Positions 21,261-34,539 are shown, numbered from the stretch's first letter. The stretch is DNA of 64,000 bases from Chamaesiphon sp. (GCA_965246715.1 CBDFFH010000055.1:147024-211023); one strand, 5' to 3'. Notes: generated by a model not told the origin, from the sequence alone. Made by a program: numbers and translations.

Positions 21261-21520
21261 CTTTATTCATTTACGGTTAAATACTGGCGATATGCTTGGT
21301 GGAGTTACTTTAACAGCCGCGTTCGAAATTCTATCCTACTGTAGATTGGCATGTTTACCGCTACATCAGCGCGATGCCATTTTCCGTATATTTTACGCCA
21401 AACGAGCCAACCGAATTCGATCGCAACCAAAGAGATCCTTTTTTTTACCACAGAGGCGCAGAGGGCGCAGAGGGCATACAGAAAAGACTAATCTTAGTCT
21501 TAAAGCGGGAAGGGAGTAAA

Positions 21521-23500
21521 GAGTGCTGAAATTCCCGCAATTGCCGAAGACAAAGTAGAGTGGAGAAGTAGCTGACAACAGGGAGCAGGAAATTGGAAAC
21601 ACCCCAAATTTCAAGCAGTGAAGAACAGATGAAATCATACTACGAATCCCTGACAGAGAAAGATCGACGGCGATATGCAGCGATTGAAGCAAACAAACGG
21701 GGATATGGTGGGCTAGGACAGATCGGTTTTATTGTTGGGATGCAACTACAGAACCATTAGGAAAGGAATAACGGAGCTGAAACAGCCGAGTTTAGGCAAC
21801 AGTCCCAGTATTCGTCGTCCAGGTGGGGGTAGAAAAAAAGCCATCGAGACGATTTCAGGAATTAATGAAGCATTTCTGAGCGTAGTTGAACATCATACAG
21901 CAGGTTCACCAATGAACCAGGAACTAAAATGGACAAACTCACATCTTGCACCAGAATATAAGTACTAGATTTAGATCGAGACTAATTCCAAGGCAAGACC
22001 CTGCGAGAGCAGAAAGTCTCGCTTCCGATCGATTTCTACTAAAAGTAAACTCACTGCGATCTGTGGCATTAACTGTTGAAGTGCCAGCTCAGATTCCTGT
22101 CTCCACTCAGGCGGAAGGCTTACGTTTGAGGATAAATAGACCCAGTGGGTGAGTACAAAACTAATAAAGCTCAGAAGCAGCCAACGGTATACACCTAAAA
22201 GTGTTTGTTGACCGAAGCTAGCCAGCCCAAATCGATATTTAGCAGTCTTGAAAAATCCTTCAATTGCCCATCGACGACTGCCCCACCAAGCAATCGTACT
22301 GCCTTTAAGAGCGCGGGTCGAAATCACAAATCTTTTCTCCAACTTACCATCCCGTTTTAAGTAGAACCAGGAAGCCGTAACCACGCCCTCTAAACCTGAT
22401 AGCTTAACTTGTTGACCCTTCTTGCCTAGCATCTTCATCTGTCTCCCATCTGCCAGTTTCCGGTTATTCGGTATACCAACAATTGCTTGATGACGAAGTT
22501 TTTTGACCCCGTTGAGGAATTCGACACTACTAAATCCAGTATCGGCTAATACTTGGACTCGAAAGCGGTAAGTGAGTTTCTTGGGCAAGGTGCGGAGCAA
22601 TTTTAGCCCCAATTGAGCAGGAGTAGTTGTGCCTTTACCACGCCAGGAACGGAACGCCCAAGGTATTCTCCACTGTCCAACGACTAAGTACAGTACAACC
22701 AAATGCAGTCCTCGCTTACCGTTGAGAATATGTATCAACGTTGCAAATGCTTTGAATTTCCCCCTTTTCTCCAATGTAGTCAGATCGATAATTACCTGCA
22801 AGTAAGGTCTTTGTCCTTTGGCTGTGTAATTACTCAACTGTTTCAAAATATGTTGGCGAGTCGTACGAATCACGGCTCTGGTTGGCCACCCATATTCATT
22901 GAAAAATCTGCTCAAAGCCGCAGGTGATTTAATCACCCCATGTTCTGGTAACATTTGACCATTCTTAGGTTCCATAAATAGAGCGAAACTAGCTTGGAGA
23001 CTAAGTTTCTGATAGGGACTGGGCATCAGCTCTAACAACGTGTAGAGTATTAATTGGGCGTACGGGAGAATGGTATTCACTGTTCTCATCAATGTTTTTA
23101 CACGCCCTTTTTCTCATATTTTGACTCCTGCGAAAATCAGTTGTTATGTACTGGTGCAAGATGTGAGCAAACTTAACTCGTCAACAAATAGCTGATTTAT
23201 TAGCAGCAACAGGAATAAGCGTCAGCGTGACAGTGGTAGACCAGTTACTAGCCAAGCATCAATTTCGGCGGCGCAAAGCATTAAAAACCAAAACTTGTGG
23301 CAGTAGCGAACATCGCAATGAGCAGTTTGAAAAAATTGCTTATCTCAAAACTGAGTATTTAGTACAAGGCAATCCAGTAATGAGCATGGATAGTAAAAAA
23401 AAGAGTTGATTGGAAATTTATACCGCGCAGGCAGTACTTACAATACTTGTCCCATCGAAGTTTTAGACCATGATTTCCTTCCTTGGCAACGGGAGTAGCG
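21521..23500 (+). pseudogene. ISAzo13-family transposase remnant, frameshifted, interrupted by IS copy 2 and truncated
   Basis: LTEKDRRRYAAIEA..GYGG, RRPGGGRK, AGSPM..LKWTN/LTRQQIA, RNEQFE, PVMSMDSKKK(E), VLDHDF; boundaries approximate. Confidence 0.85.
21938..23167 (-). mobile_element. 1230-bp IS, copy 2; transposase 21971..23092
   Basis: Same 17-bp IRs and identical protein as copy 1; target duplication CAAA. Confidence 0.95.
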
Positions 23501-24020
23501 TACATCCTACGTCATGACAAATATTCCCAACATCAAATATTCGGAAGTTGGGAATATCTATGGTCAGAGAACTTGGATAGAGTATGGATTTAGACAATGT
23601 AAATCCGAACTAGGATGGTCGGACTTTAGACTGACTAAATATTTAGATATTGCGCGCTGGTGGGAAATCATCTCTTGTGCATTTTTATTAGTTAGCTTTC
23701 AGTCGCTTCCAGTTACCATCTCTGAGTCGATTGAGCCAAAAATTGTCGAATTAGAACTTAAAAGCTGTTTAGCGGAACATCCTAATTGGGATGAGCATCG
23801 AGGATGGAAATCAGCTCTAAATAATCTTCAGCTATTATTGCTACCACTATTGGCATTCAATTTAATTAAACCTTGGCTGACTATTTTTGGCAATCCACTT
23901 TTAGAACAGAGTTTTAATACGTTGATTACCTATATTAATCTCTGTAGTTATGCTTTTAACTCCTCATGATAATTGAATTTTTATTCGTTTTACCTGTCCT
24001 AGAGTGACAGAAGAGGGCTA
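23501..24020 (+). pseudogene. IS701-family transposase C-terminal fragment with probable right end
   Basis: YGQRTWIEYGFRQCKSELGWSDFR...IARWWE; N-terminal part missing. Confidence 0.8.
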
Positions 24021-24275
24021 CTTGTGTGAAGAGATTCGATCGCTAGTTTTCGCTCGCATTCACTTGAGGATAGACTTTGACGATCCTTGCTTTTTGCTAT
24101 TCTCATCACGGTGGCTTCAGCTTGTCTGTCGTTGGCATAGCCTACCGGAGGTAATCGAATAAATTGCCCCTTGACAATTAACATAATCGCTACGCGGACT
24201 GATTAACTACTCCGCGTAGGCTGGCAACAACCGGACTTTGCATCACTAGCCGAGACTTTAGTCTCTAGGCAATTC

Positions 24276-26219
24276 TTGTCCCGAACTAAGGTTAGTCAGA
24301 ACGTACTAGAGGAAATGACGGATGGCGATCGACATCACAGCGCACATAATAGAGATCTAAACACTCGCCATCGCCCTCAAACCACAGTTATGTCTGATAT
24401 TCGACCGACATCTGAAGAAGATATTGCCATCGTCAACTTAGTCGATCGCATTTTAGCCAAAGCGATCGAAGATCGGGCATCGGCGCTGTATTTTGAACCT
24501 CAAGCAAAATCGCTTCAGATGCGGATTCGGAAAGATGGCATCGTGCAAATAGCCTTGCAGAATTTACCTACCAAAATGGTAGCACCGACGATTGCCTATC
24601 TCAAATCAATGGCTCAGATCGGCGTGCATTTACCTGCACCTCAAACTGGCAAAATCGTTGGCGCAGCCGCTCGGAACAAGAATCGGGCGAGCAAATTCGG
24701 CCGAGTCAACATTGAAATTACCACTTTGCCGACTCAGTTTGGCGATCGGGTTACTGTCAAGATTGCTGATGCCGAGCAGCTACCATTATCGCTCGATCGA
24801 CTCGTTGCCAATCGCGAAATTCTCGCTGCGATCCACCAATTAATTCATTGCGATCGAGGATTGATCTTAGTTGTTGGCGGACGAGATTGTGGAAAATCGA
24901 CAACAGTATACGCTAGTCTAGCCGAACTCAATCGCGCTGAGCGAATTATTTATGCCATCGACAGCGATGCTAAATATACAGTACCAGGAATCGCTCGAAT
25001 CATGCTGCCCGAGCGTGCTGATGATGAAGCGATCTCGCAGACCATTCGAGCTTGTCTGCGTCAGCAGCCGGATATTTTATCGATCGGTGCGATCGATAGT
25101 CTCGCTACCGCTCGCACCGCCTTGCAAGCTGTTGCCAGCGGTTGTCTGGTATTCGCGACGATCCAGGCAGAAACGGCAGGGGGCGCGATCGCCCAATTAA
25201 TCGAACTAGGTATCTCTCCAGCGCAACTCTACACCGCAACGATCGGCATCATTGCCCAGAAAACGATCGAACGAGTCTGTCCGCAGTGTCGGCAACCTCA
25301 CGAGCCAGAGAGCGGGGAATTAGCGCAACTAGGAAATACGATTCTCAATCTTAACGATCGGCAAATGTATTTTCGAGCCAATAGTCTCAGCCTTGCCGAA
25401 ATCGAACGGGCAAAACAAATTGGCAAGTTGTGTGCTAAATGTCAGGGCTGTGGTTATTCTGGACGAATCGGGCTGCATGAAGTATCTGTAATTACCGATC
25501 GACTCAAATCAGCAATTTTGAGTGGTGATGCCGAACGCATCGATCTAGCTACTCAGGAAACAGGAATGCGATCGTTTGTAGATTTAGCCATTAAATTGTT
25601 TCGAGAAGGACATACCACGCTAACGGAAGTTAGGCGTTGTGTTCCGGTCAGAACTCTGCTCCAAAATCAACTTGCCACCGCTCAAACTCATCCAAATAGT
25701 GGCGAGCTAAGTGCGGATAATTCTGACACGTTAGAAGCAGCTTTATATTGGAAACAACAAGCAACTAATACCAAGGCTGACTACGAACAGCTATTTGCAG
25801 AATTAGAAATTTATCAACAGGAAGCAGACAAATTCGAGCAGCGGATCGCGCAGAGTCGCTCTCAGTCAGCACATAGCACTCGTGCCGAGATTGCCCTGCA
25901 ATTATTATCAGTCATTGATGTGATCGAACTCGCTCGTACCTCAATTAAGCCACAAACCGATCGGGAGGCTGCAATTCAAAAAGGCTACTCGATGTTAGAA
26001 AATAAAATGCTGTCGAGTATCAAAGAAATCGGCGTGCGGGTTACTGAAACTAGGGGACATAAATTTGACCCACATCTACATGAAATCATCAAAGAAATCG
26101 GCACGCACGAGCATCCTGCTGGTTCGATTATTGAAGAGTTTAGACGTGGTTATACGCTCGGCGATCGCGTTTTACGATTGGCACAGGTTAAGGTCGCTGT
26201 TGCATCGAGTTATGCTTAG
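24276..26219 (+). CDS. GspE/PilB-like ATPase (degenerate) fused to a GrpE-like domain
   Basis: PilB-like layout with GKST, CPQC/CAKC and GYSGRIGLHE; C-terminal coiled coil then FDPHLHE...GYTLGDRVLRLAQVKVA; true start may be 24315 or 24390. Confidence 0.85.
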   Translation: MSRTKVSQNVLEEMTDGDRHHSAHNRDLNTRHRPQTTVMSDIRPTSEEDIAIVNLVDRILAKAIEDRASALYFEPQAKSLQMRIRKDGIVQIALQNLPTKMVAPTIAYLKSMAQIGVHLPAPQTGKIVGAAARNKNRASKFGRVNIEITTLPTQFGDRVTVKIADAEQLPLSLDRLVANREILAAIHQLIHCDRGLILVVGGRDCGKSTTVYASLAELNRAERIIYAIDSDAKYTVPGIARIMLPERADDEAISQTIRACLRQQPDILSIGAIDSLATARTALQAVASGCLVFATIQAETAGGAIAQLIELGISPAQLYTATIGIIAQKTIERVCPQCRQPHEPESGELAQLGNTILNLNDRQMYFRANSLSLAEIERAKQIGKLCAKCQGCGYSGRIGLHEVSVITDRLKSAILSGDAERIDLATQETGMRSFVDLAIKLFREGHTTLTEVRRCVPVRTLLQNQLATAQTHPNSGELSADNSDTLEAALYWKQQATNTKADYEQLFAELEIYQQEADKFEQRIAQSRSQSAHSTRAEIALQLLSVIDVIELARTSIKPQTDREAAIQKGYSMLENKMLSSIKEIGVRVTETRGHKFDPHLHEIIKEIGTHEHPAGSIIEEFRRGYTLGDRVLRLAQVKVAVASSYA

Positions 26220-26797
26220 TCGATCGATTGTTTCCGCTCTAACGCCAGCCACTCTTGTCTAGTAATTCGCATTTTATTTGCCTCGATCCATCGCCCTCTT
26301 TTTCGGAATGCGTGGGGAATATAGCCCACAAATCGCATCCCAACCTTTTCGAGCACTCGCTTACTGCTTTTATTCCAGAGCGCATAACTTGCCTCAATTT
26401 GGGTAGCATCGAGTCGCTCGAATCCAAACGATACGATCGCGATTACCGATTCCGTCATATAGCCTTTTCCTTGATGTGCTGGATGCGTCCAAAAGCCCAG
26501 ATTCCAGATTCCTTCACGCCTATTTTTATTGATGCCAATCCGTCCGAGGAGATTATCTGAATCACGAGCGGCGATCGTAAAGCTGTAAAGTTTTCCCTCC
26601 TGCCAAGCTAGTAAATTCTCTTGCAATGGCTCATACAGATCTTCGAGCCTTGCGGGTGCTTCCGAGTCCATTCCAGCGTGAAATCTCGGTGAAGTTGTCG
26701 CCTCAAAGATCGCGGGCAAATCCTCTACCGTAGAATGGCGCAATCGACACCTTGATGTCTCGATCGTCAAATCTAGTGAAATAGCTTGTTCGAGCAT
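26216..26797 (-). CDS. RimJ/RimL-type GNAT acetyltransferase
   Basis: LGFWTHPAHQGKGYMTE, NKSSKRVLEKVGM. Confidence 0.88.
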   Translation of the reverse strand: MLEQAISLDLTIETSRCRLRHSTVEDLPAIFEATTSPRFHAGMDSEAPARLEDLYEPLQENLLAWQEGKLYSFTIAARDSDNLLGRIGINKNRREGIWNLGFWTHPAHQGKGYMTESVIAIVSFGFERLDATQIEASYALWNKSSKRVLEKVGMRFVGYIPHAFRKRGRWIEANKMRITRQEWLALERKQSID

Positions 26798-26861
26798 TGT
26801 TTAATCTTATCAAAACCACAATTTTGGGTGGTGGGCGATATCCACAGTCTGATATTTATTC

Positions 26862-29582
26862 CTAGAATTGTTGCAATCTTTCCAATAAAATCTCGCGTTG
26901 TTTCTCCAATTCAACCAAACCATCTTGCGCCTCTCGAACGACTTCTGGAGTCGCTCGTTCGACAAATTTAGGATTACTCAACCGAGCATTAGTTGAAGCA
27001 ATATCTTTGTCAATCTTGTCGATTTTTTTCTGAATCTTGGCTTTAAAAGCATCGATATCGACAACTCCAGTTAATGGCAGAATTAGTTGAACCGTCGCAA
27101 AAACACTGGCGATCGATCTAGCTGGTTCTTCAGCTAACTTATCAACGATATTTAACTCTTCAACCTTAGCCAAATCGCAGATATAAGTCTTGCCACGTTC
27201 TAAAATTTGACATTCGAGTTCGCTATCGCTCTGAACGATTAAGGTAACTTTGGTAGATGGTTTGATATCAGCTTCCGCCCGAAGATTCCGAGTAGTGCGA
27301 ATTACCCCAATGAGTAATTCAAACTCGCGATCGAGTTCGAGATCGATCGAGCTAGCATCCGCGATCGGATATGCTTGAATCGAAATATCATTGACCTCTT
27401 CTGCTTGATTAAATGTCTGCCAAATCTCGGAAGTAACGTGAGGCATGAAGGGATGAATTAATTTTAAGATCCCATCTAAAACAAATCCTAAAGTTTGTTG
27501 GGCGACTAACTTACTATTTTGCTCTGCACCTTCCAATAACCGGGATTTAACTAACTCGATATACCAATCACACAAATCGCCCCAGAAGAACTCATATAAC
27601 ACCTTCGCTGCTTCGCCGAGCGCATATCGATCGATATAATCCCCCGTCTGTTGAGCTGTCTGATGGAATCGTGATAAAATCCATCGATCGGCAACTTCTA
27701 GATCTGTAAGATTGGGATTACCTAATTGTGCGGGTGTTTTTTCCTCCAGATTCATCATTACAAATCGCGCCGCATTCCACAATTTATTAGTGAAATTCCG
27801 GCTGGCTTCGACGGATTCCGATTCATCAGTTTTCCGATTATATTGAATCCGAATATCTTGCCCCGCACCGATTACTTCGCGAATCAGGGTATACCGCAGC
27901 GCATCGGTACCGTATTTGTCGATCAGCAATAATGGATCGATTCCATTACCCGCCGATTTCGATTGTTTCTTACCATTTTCATCCAGAACTAAACCGTGGA
28001 TGTAGATATTTTCAAATGGCATTTTACCAGTCAAATATCCGGCCATCATCGTCATTCTGGCGACCCAAAAGAAGATAATATCGTAACCAGTCACGAGGGT
28101 AGAAGTTGGATAATAAGTCTCTAAATCGACAGTGTTTTCCGGCCAGCCGAGAGTCGAGAACGGCCATAATCCAGACGAGAACCAAGTATCTAGTACGTCA
28201 GGATCGCGAACTAATTGGACGTTGTTGCCGAATTGTTCGATCGCTTGTGCTTGTGCTTCTTCCTGACTCTTGGCAACAAAGAACGGAGTATTATCGGTAA
28301 TTTCCCCATTAGTTTCACTTACTGCATACCAAGCCGGAATTTGATGACCCCACCATAATTGCCGCGAGATACACCAATCTTTCAATTTTACCAACCAATC
28401 CCGATACACCTTCGACCACCGTTGCGAGACGAATTCAGGCGAATTTTGGTTGTCTAAATGCTCCAGACAATTATCCGCCATCGGGCGAATTTTGACGAAC
28501 CATTGGGTTGATAGTAATGGCTCGACCGGAACTTTACCGCGATCGCTATAAGGGACGGTATGCTTATATTCTTCGACTTTAACTAAAGCACCCAACTCAT
28601 CTAATTTTGCCACCACATTTCGCCGTGCGGCAAACCGTTCTTGTCCATTAAAATCGCCAGCATTCTCATTCAGAGTGCCGTCTTTATTCATAATATTGAT
28701 GAGTGACAAATTATGCCGTTGCCCCATCGCAAAGTCATTCGGATCGTGGGCTGGTGTAACTTTGACGCATCCAGTTCCAAACTCAGCTTCGACGAACTCG
28801 TCACCAATAATGGGAATTTGCCGACCGACGATCGGCAGTGTTAGAGTCTTCCCAATCAGATGTTTATAGCGTGGATCGTTTGGATTGACCGCTACCCCGG
28901 TATCGCCCAACATCGTTTCCGGACGCGTCGTTGCCACATCAACATATCCCGAACCATCACTCAATGGATAGCGGAAATACCACAAACTACCATTAGTTTC
29001 CTTATTTTCAACTTCCAAGTCCGAAACTGCCGACTGGGAAGCGGGACACCAATTAACTAAATACTGTCCCCGATAAATCATCCCATCCCGATGCAGCTGG
29101 ACGAATGCTTCCAATACCGCTGCGGACAATCCCTCATCCAGCGTAAACCGTTCCCGCGTCCAATCCGCCGAGACACCCATCCGCTTGAGCTGATTGACAA
29201 TCGTTCCACCCGACTCAGCTTTCCATTCCCACGCACGTTCTAGAAACTTTTCGCGTCCGACATCATAGCGCGTCTTACCTTCAGCTTTGAGCTGTTTCTC
29301 TAAGATCGTCTGTACCGCGATACTGGCGTGATCTGTCCCTGGTAAAAACAGGGTATTGTCTCCCCGCATCCGATGGTAGCGAATCAATGTGTCGATTAAC
29401 GCGCTCTCGAAGGCGTGACCCAGGTGCAAACTCCCCGTCACATTTGGCGGCGGAATAACGATGCAGAATGGTTTCCCACCTTTAGCCGGATCGACTTTGT
29501 AGGTTTGGTTGTTTTCCCAAATCTGTTGCCATTTGGCTTCGGTGGTTTTTGCGTCGTACTGGGGGGGAAGATTAGCTGTCAT
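26862..29582 (-). CDS. valS: valine--tRNA ligase
   Basis: [31 protein letters not shown] (KMSKS variant), C-terminal coiled coil. Confidence 0.98.
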   Translation of the reverse strand: MTANLPPQYDAKTTEAKWQQIWENNQTYKVDPAKGGKPFCIVIPPPNVTGSLHLGHAFESALIDTLIRYHRMRGDNTLFLPGTDHASIAVQTILEKQLKAEGKTRYDVGREKFLERAWEWKAESGGTIVNQLKRMGVSADWTRERFTLDEGLSAAVLEAFVQLHRDGMIYRGQYLVNWCPASQSAVSDLEVENKETNGSLWYFRYPLSDGSGYVDVATTRPETMLGDTGVAVNPNDPRYKHLIGKTLTLPIVGRQIPIIGDEFVEAEFGTGCVKVTPAHDPNDFAMGQRHNLSLINIMNKDGTLNENAGDFNGQERFAARRNVVAKLDELGALVKVEEYKHTVPYSDRGKVPVEPLLSTQWFVKIRPMADNCLEHLDNQNSPEFVSQRWSKVYRDWLVKLKDWCISRQLWWGHQIPAWYAVSETNGEITDNTPFFVAKSQEEAQAQAIEQFGNNVQLVRDPDVLDTWFSSGLWPFSTLGWPENTVDLETYYPTSTLVTGYDIIFFWVARMTMMAGYLTGKMPFENIYIHGLVLDENGKKQSKSAGNGIDPLLLIDKYGTDALRYTLIREVIGAGQDIRIQYNRKTDESESVEASRNFTNKLWNAARFVMMNLEEKTPAQLGNPNLTDLEVADRWILSRFHQTAQQTGDYIDRYALGEAAKVLYEFFWGDLCDWYIELVKSRLLEGAEQNSKLVAQQTLGFVLDGILKLIHPFMPHVTSEIWQTFNQAEEVNDISIQAYPIADASSIDLELDREFELLIGVIRTTRNLRAEADIKPSTKVTLIVQSDSELECQILERGKTYICDLAKVEELNIVDKLAEEPARSIASVFATVQLILPLTGVVDIDAFKAKIQKKIDKIDKDIASTNARLSNPKFVERATPEVVREAQDGLVELEKQREILLERLQQF

Positions 29583-29652
29583 GGGATTGATGATGCGTCG
29601 ATTTGCCTCTCTTACGATTGTGCCACAGTCGGGATGTTGATGTAGATTTTAG

Positions 29653-29687
29653 TTGACACGATCATGTCAAATATGACATGATATTAT
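29653..29687 (+). promoter_or_regulatory. TA promoter with palindromic operator
   Basis: TTGACA at 29653, then ATCATGTCA-AATA-TGACATGAT (29661-29682). Confidence 0.7.
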
Positions 29688-29710
29688 GACGATCTATCGC
29701 AAGAGCAGAT

Positions 29711-29750
29711 CTTCAAAGAACCTCAAAGAACCTCAAAGAACTTCAAAGAA
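29711..29750. repeat. 4 x 10-bp tandem repeat
   Basis: C(T/C)TCAAAGAA four times. Confidence 0.95.
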
Positions 29751-29809
29751 ATCCATGAATAGAACTATAGGGCGCAGTTTCAGATCGACTCACAGGATAA
29801 TCTTTATCA

Positions 29810-30169
29810 ATGACTATTCACGACAATGACAGCAAAAAGATTGTTTGGTTATCTGGCGAGATTAAAACTCCCCCATTATCCGTATTCGCGCGAATTGAAG
29901 CAGGCTTTCTGTTGAGACAATTACAGGAAGATGAACTACTATCAATGCCTGTTTCTAGACCAATGCCAGATATTGGTAAGCATTGTCACGAACTTCGAGT
30001 AAGAGACAGCGAAAATAACCAACAGTGGCGAATCATTTATCGGATCGATGATGATGCAATTATAGTTGCTAGTGTCTTCCTAAAGAAAACACAAGAGACA
30101 CCCCGACAGGAAATCGATAATAGTCAGAACAGACTCAAACTATATGATAAAGACTCAAAAACAGGATAG
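29810..30169 (+). CDS. RelE/HigB-type toxin (Gp49-like)
   Basis: ELRVRD...WRIIYR...FLKKTQETP. Confidence 0.88.
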   Translation: MTIHDNDSKKIVWLSGEIKTPPLSVFARIEAGFLLRQLQEDELLSMPVSRPMPDIGKHCHELRVRDSENNQQWRIIYRIDDDAIIVASVFLKKTQETPRQEIDNSQNRLKLYDKDSKTG

Positions 30170-30189
30170 ATCCTGTGAGGATATAAATT

Positions 30190-30504
30190 ATGGAACCCAA
30201 AAAACAACAAAAATTAGAAGCTGCTGGGTGGAAAGTTAGTACCGTAGCTGATTTCCTACAACTTACACCGGAAGAAGAAGCCATAATTGAAATTCGATTG
30301 GCGTTGAGTAAGTCGGTGAAAAAGATGAGATAGCAAGAGCAGCTATCTCAACAAAAATTCGCTGAAAATATTAATTCTAGTCAATCGCGAGTGGCAAAAA
30401 TGGAAGCTGCGGATCGATCTGTATCGATCGATCTATTAATCAAATCATTACTAGCACTCGGCGCGACTCGTGAAGATATTGCAGCGGCAATTGCGGGAGA
30501 GTAA
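30190..30504 (+). pseudogene. HigA-like XRE HTH antitoxin with in-frame TAG at 30331
   Basis: MEPKKQQKLEAAGWKV...KKMR*QEQLSQQKFAENINSSQSRVAKMEA...; not in the ORF track. Confidence 0.88.
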
Positions 30505-30646
30505 GATCGAATTATGATTTCACTAACTGTCGCTTTCGATCGAAATCCTGACCACAGCAAACTAATGTCGATCGACGACGAAACAATGTGTCGGTCTATT
30601 ATACTAGTCGAGATGGTGTAACTCATTTATTAGGAGACCGATCGCC

Positions 30647-31915
30647 GTGACTAGCACGCTCAATGCCCCCACCATCCAGACATTACCCAATGGCTTGACC
30701 ATCATTGCCGAACAGATGCCTGTAGAAGCAGTGAATCTGAATATCTGGTTGAATGTTGGTTCGTTTCAAGAAACCGATGCAATCAATGGCATGGCGCACT
30801 TCCTAGAGCACATGGTATTCAAAGGTACGCCCCGATTGGTAGCTGGGGAATTCGAGCGGCTGATCGAGGAACGCGGTGCAGTGACGAATGCAGCGACGAG
30901 TCAAGATTATACGCATTACTACATTACTACTGCACCCAAGGATTTTGCTGCGCTCGCACCCCTGCAAATCGATGTGGTGACAAATCCGCGCATTCCTGAT
31001 GAAGAATTCGATCGCGAGAAATTAGTCGTATTAGAAGAAATTCGCAGGTCTCAAGATAGTCCTCAACGCCGGATTTATCAACACGCGATCGAAGTTGCCT
31101 TTAACAAACTACCATATCGGCGATCGGTGTTAGGGCCAGAAGCAGTAATTGAAGGAGTTACCGCCCAACAGATGCGCTATTTTCACGCTACCCACTATCA
31201 GCCTACTTCGATGACAGCGGTAGCCGTAGGAAATTTACCCGTTGATGAGTTGATTAATATCGTCGCCGATGGATTTGCCGCACAATCTGGCACGATTCCA
31301 GCGGTTGATTTTGTAGGCAAAAATTCTCGCCCCACGCCCGAACCTGCCTTTACGCGCGTAGTCCGGCAAGAACACATCGATCCTAGTCTCCAACAGGCAA
31401 GATTGATTATGGTCTGGCGCGTACCCGGCACAATCGATTTAGCCGAGACTTATCCCCTGGATATTTTAGCTGCCATCCTCGGATCGGGACGGACATCGCG
31501 GTTGGTAAAGGAGTTGAAGGAAGAACGCCAACTGGTGAATAATATCAATGTCAGCAATATGAGCAATCGCGTTCAAGGATTATTTTATCTCAGCGCCCAG
31601 TTGCCGAGCGAAAATCTGCGCGAAGTCGAACAAATTATCGCCGAGCATATCTCAAAGCTGCAAAATACGCTCATCACTGAATCAGAAATCGCCAGGGTGC
31701 GCCGTCAAGTGGCCAATCGCTATATCTTTGGCACCGAAACTCCCAGCGATCGGGCGGATCTTTACGGTTATTATCGATCGGTAGTGGGAGATCTGACTCC
31801 AGCTCTAAATTATCCCCACCAAATCCAATCTTTAGATGCTACAACCATTCAACTAGCCGCGCGTCACTACCTCTCACCGACTGCATATGGAGTAATCACA
31901 GTTAAGCCAGAGTGA
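30647..31915 (+). CDS. M16 family zinc peptidase
   Basis: GMAHFLEHMVFKGT (HxxEH), NAATSQDYTHYY. Confidence 0.93.
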   Translation: MTSTLNAPTIQTLPNGLTIIAEQMPVEAVNLNIWLNVGSFQETDAINGMAHFLEHMVFKGTPRLVAGEFERLIEERGAVTNAATSQDYTHYYITTAPKDFAALAPLQIDVVTNPRIPDEEFDREKLVVLEEIRRSQDSPQRRIYQHAIEVAFNKLPYRRSVLGPEAVIEGVTAQQMRYFHATHYQPTSMTAVAVGNLPVDELINIVADGFAAQSGTIPAVDFVGKNSRPTPEPAFTRVVRQEHIDPSLQQARLIMVWRVPGTIDLAETYPLDILAAILGSGRTSRLVKELKEERQLVNNINVSNMSNRVQGLFYLSAQLPSENLREVEQIIAEHISKLQNTLITESEIARVRRQVANRYIFGTETPSDRADLYGYYRSVVGDLTPALNYPHQIQSLDATTIQLAARHYLSPTAYGVITVKPE

Positions 31916-32085
31916 GCGTAATTGTGTTCTCTTGAGATCGACAATACTGCACCCGATTAAAATCAGTGCTAGTGTTGCGAAGTCCGCCTTCGCGGACTAG
32001 TAATCTTAGCCGAGCCTACTCTTCGGGCGGAGCCTGCGCTTTACGCTTACAGTCTCCAGGCTCCTCTTGTCCTGCACTGCCAGAT

Positions 32086-32469
32086 TTAATTTAAATCGAG
32101 ATCGATCGAATCGGTGATGGTTGACTCGACTTGGATAACGGTATTTACTTGAATGATTGTTGGTGGATATTGTTTCTCAATTGCTGCGGCGATGGCCTCC
32201 TCCTGCAACCATTTGAGATTGCTTTTTGCCCAAGCACGGTTTTGGGGATAGGGACTATCGATCGTTTGTTGACAGAGATAGATCGCCAGATCGGCCTGTC
32301 CGTTGCGCTGATAAGCTTTGATCGACCAGCGTTGGGCTTCAAAATACTCACTAGGCTTGGTATCAGTATGCTGACGGCAAAAAGTTTCGAGTGCTTCGAC
32401 TGCCTCGGCATATTGCCGGTTGTGCCTGGCGAAAATTCCAGCTTTGAGCAGTTTTAGGTCGGCTGTCAT
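32086..32469 (-). CDS. small TPR-like hypothetical protein
   Basis: Helical YAEAVEALE...IKAYQRNGQADLAI pattern; start chosen at ATG 32469. Confidence 0.55.
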   Translation of the reverse strand: MTADLKLLKAGIFARHNRQYAEAVEALETFCRQHTDTKPSEYFEAQRWSIKAYQRNGQADLAIYLCQQTIDSPYPQNRAWAKSNLKWLQEEAIAAAIEKQYPPTIIQVNTVIQVESTITDSIDLDLN

Positions 32470-32911
32470 AAAATCGATCGAAAACAGCGAAAGGGGAAAC
32501 TCGGCAATCTTAGTTTGCCCACATCTCGCTCGATCGATAGCACTTTGGTAGTATATTTGCCAATTATGTCCAAATTTAGCCGTAGATCTGACCTGCAGAT
32601 CCAAAAGCCGAGTCGTGCGAGATCTCTAGTCGCAACTACTACTAAAATTCCTGGGGATCGCTGAGAAATATCCTCAGCACAGTGCGCGTTCGATGATAAA
32701 CTTATCGATAGCATTGCAAAATATTAAGAATAGCTAAAAAAATCGGCGTATAGTTATCCACAAACAGTTATCGAGCTAAAAATTGGGAAGTTAAATATCC
32801 TTCCTGGTTGACGCTATCGATCGACTCGAGCATTAGACCCGATCGATCTAACTACCAATCGATAATCATCCCGATCGCATCTCGCTATAGTCAAAATCAC
32901 ACAATAAATAA

Positions 32912-34375
<1,464 letters not shown>

Positions 34376-34539
34376 TTAAAACTCGATTTAGGGTATCCGC
34401 AGGGGTACCCTTCGATCCAACAGCAGTTTAGATCTGAGAAATAACAATAATATAAATATCGATCGGATGAGAGTAATGATAAACCCTTGCTGTGGGCAGT
34501 TCCCACCCTAAGTGGTTGTAGACTTAATTAAATCTACTC

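Noticed and set aside
10871..23167. Composite transposon bounded by the two IS copies
   Set aside because: Each copy has its own target duplication, so they are independent insertions
27948..27972. KQSKS instead of KMSKS in ValRS
   Set aside because: Single substitution in an otherwise canonical enzyme; the catalytic Lys is retained
29711..29750. Mini-CRISPR
   Set aside because: Contiguous 10-mers with no spacers
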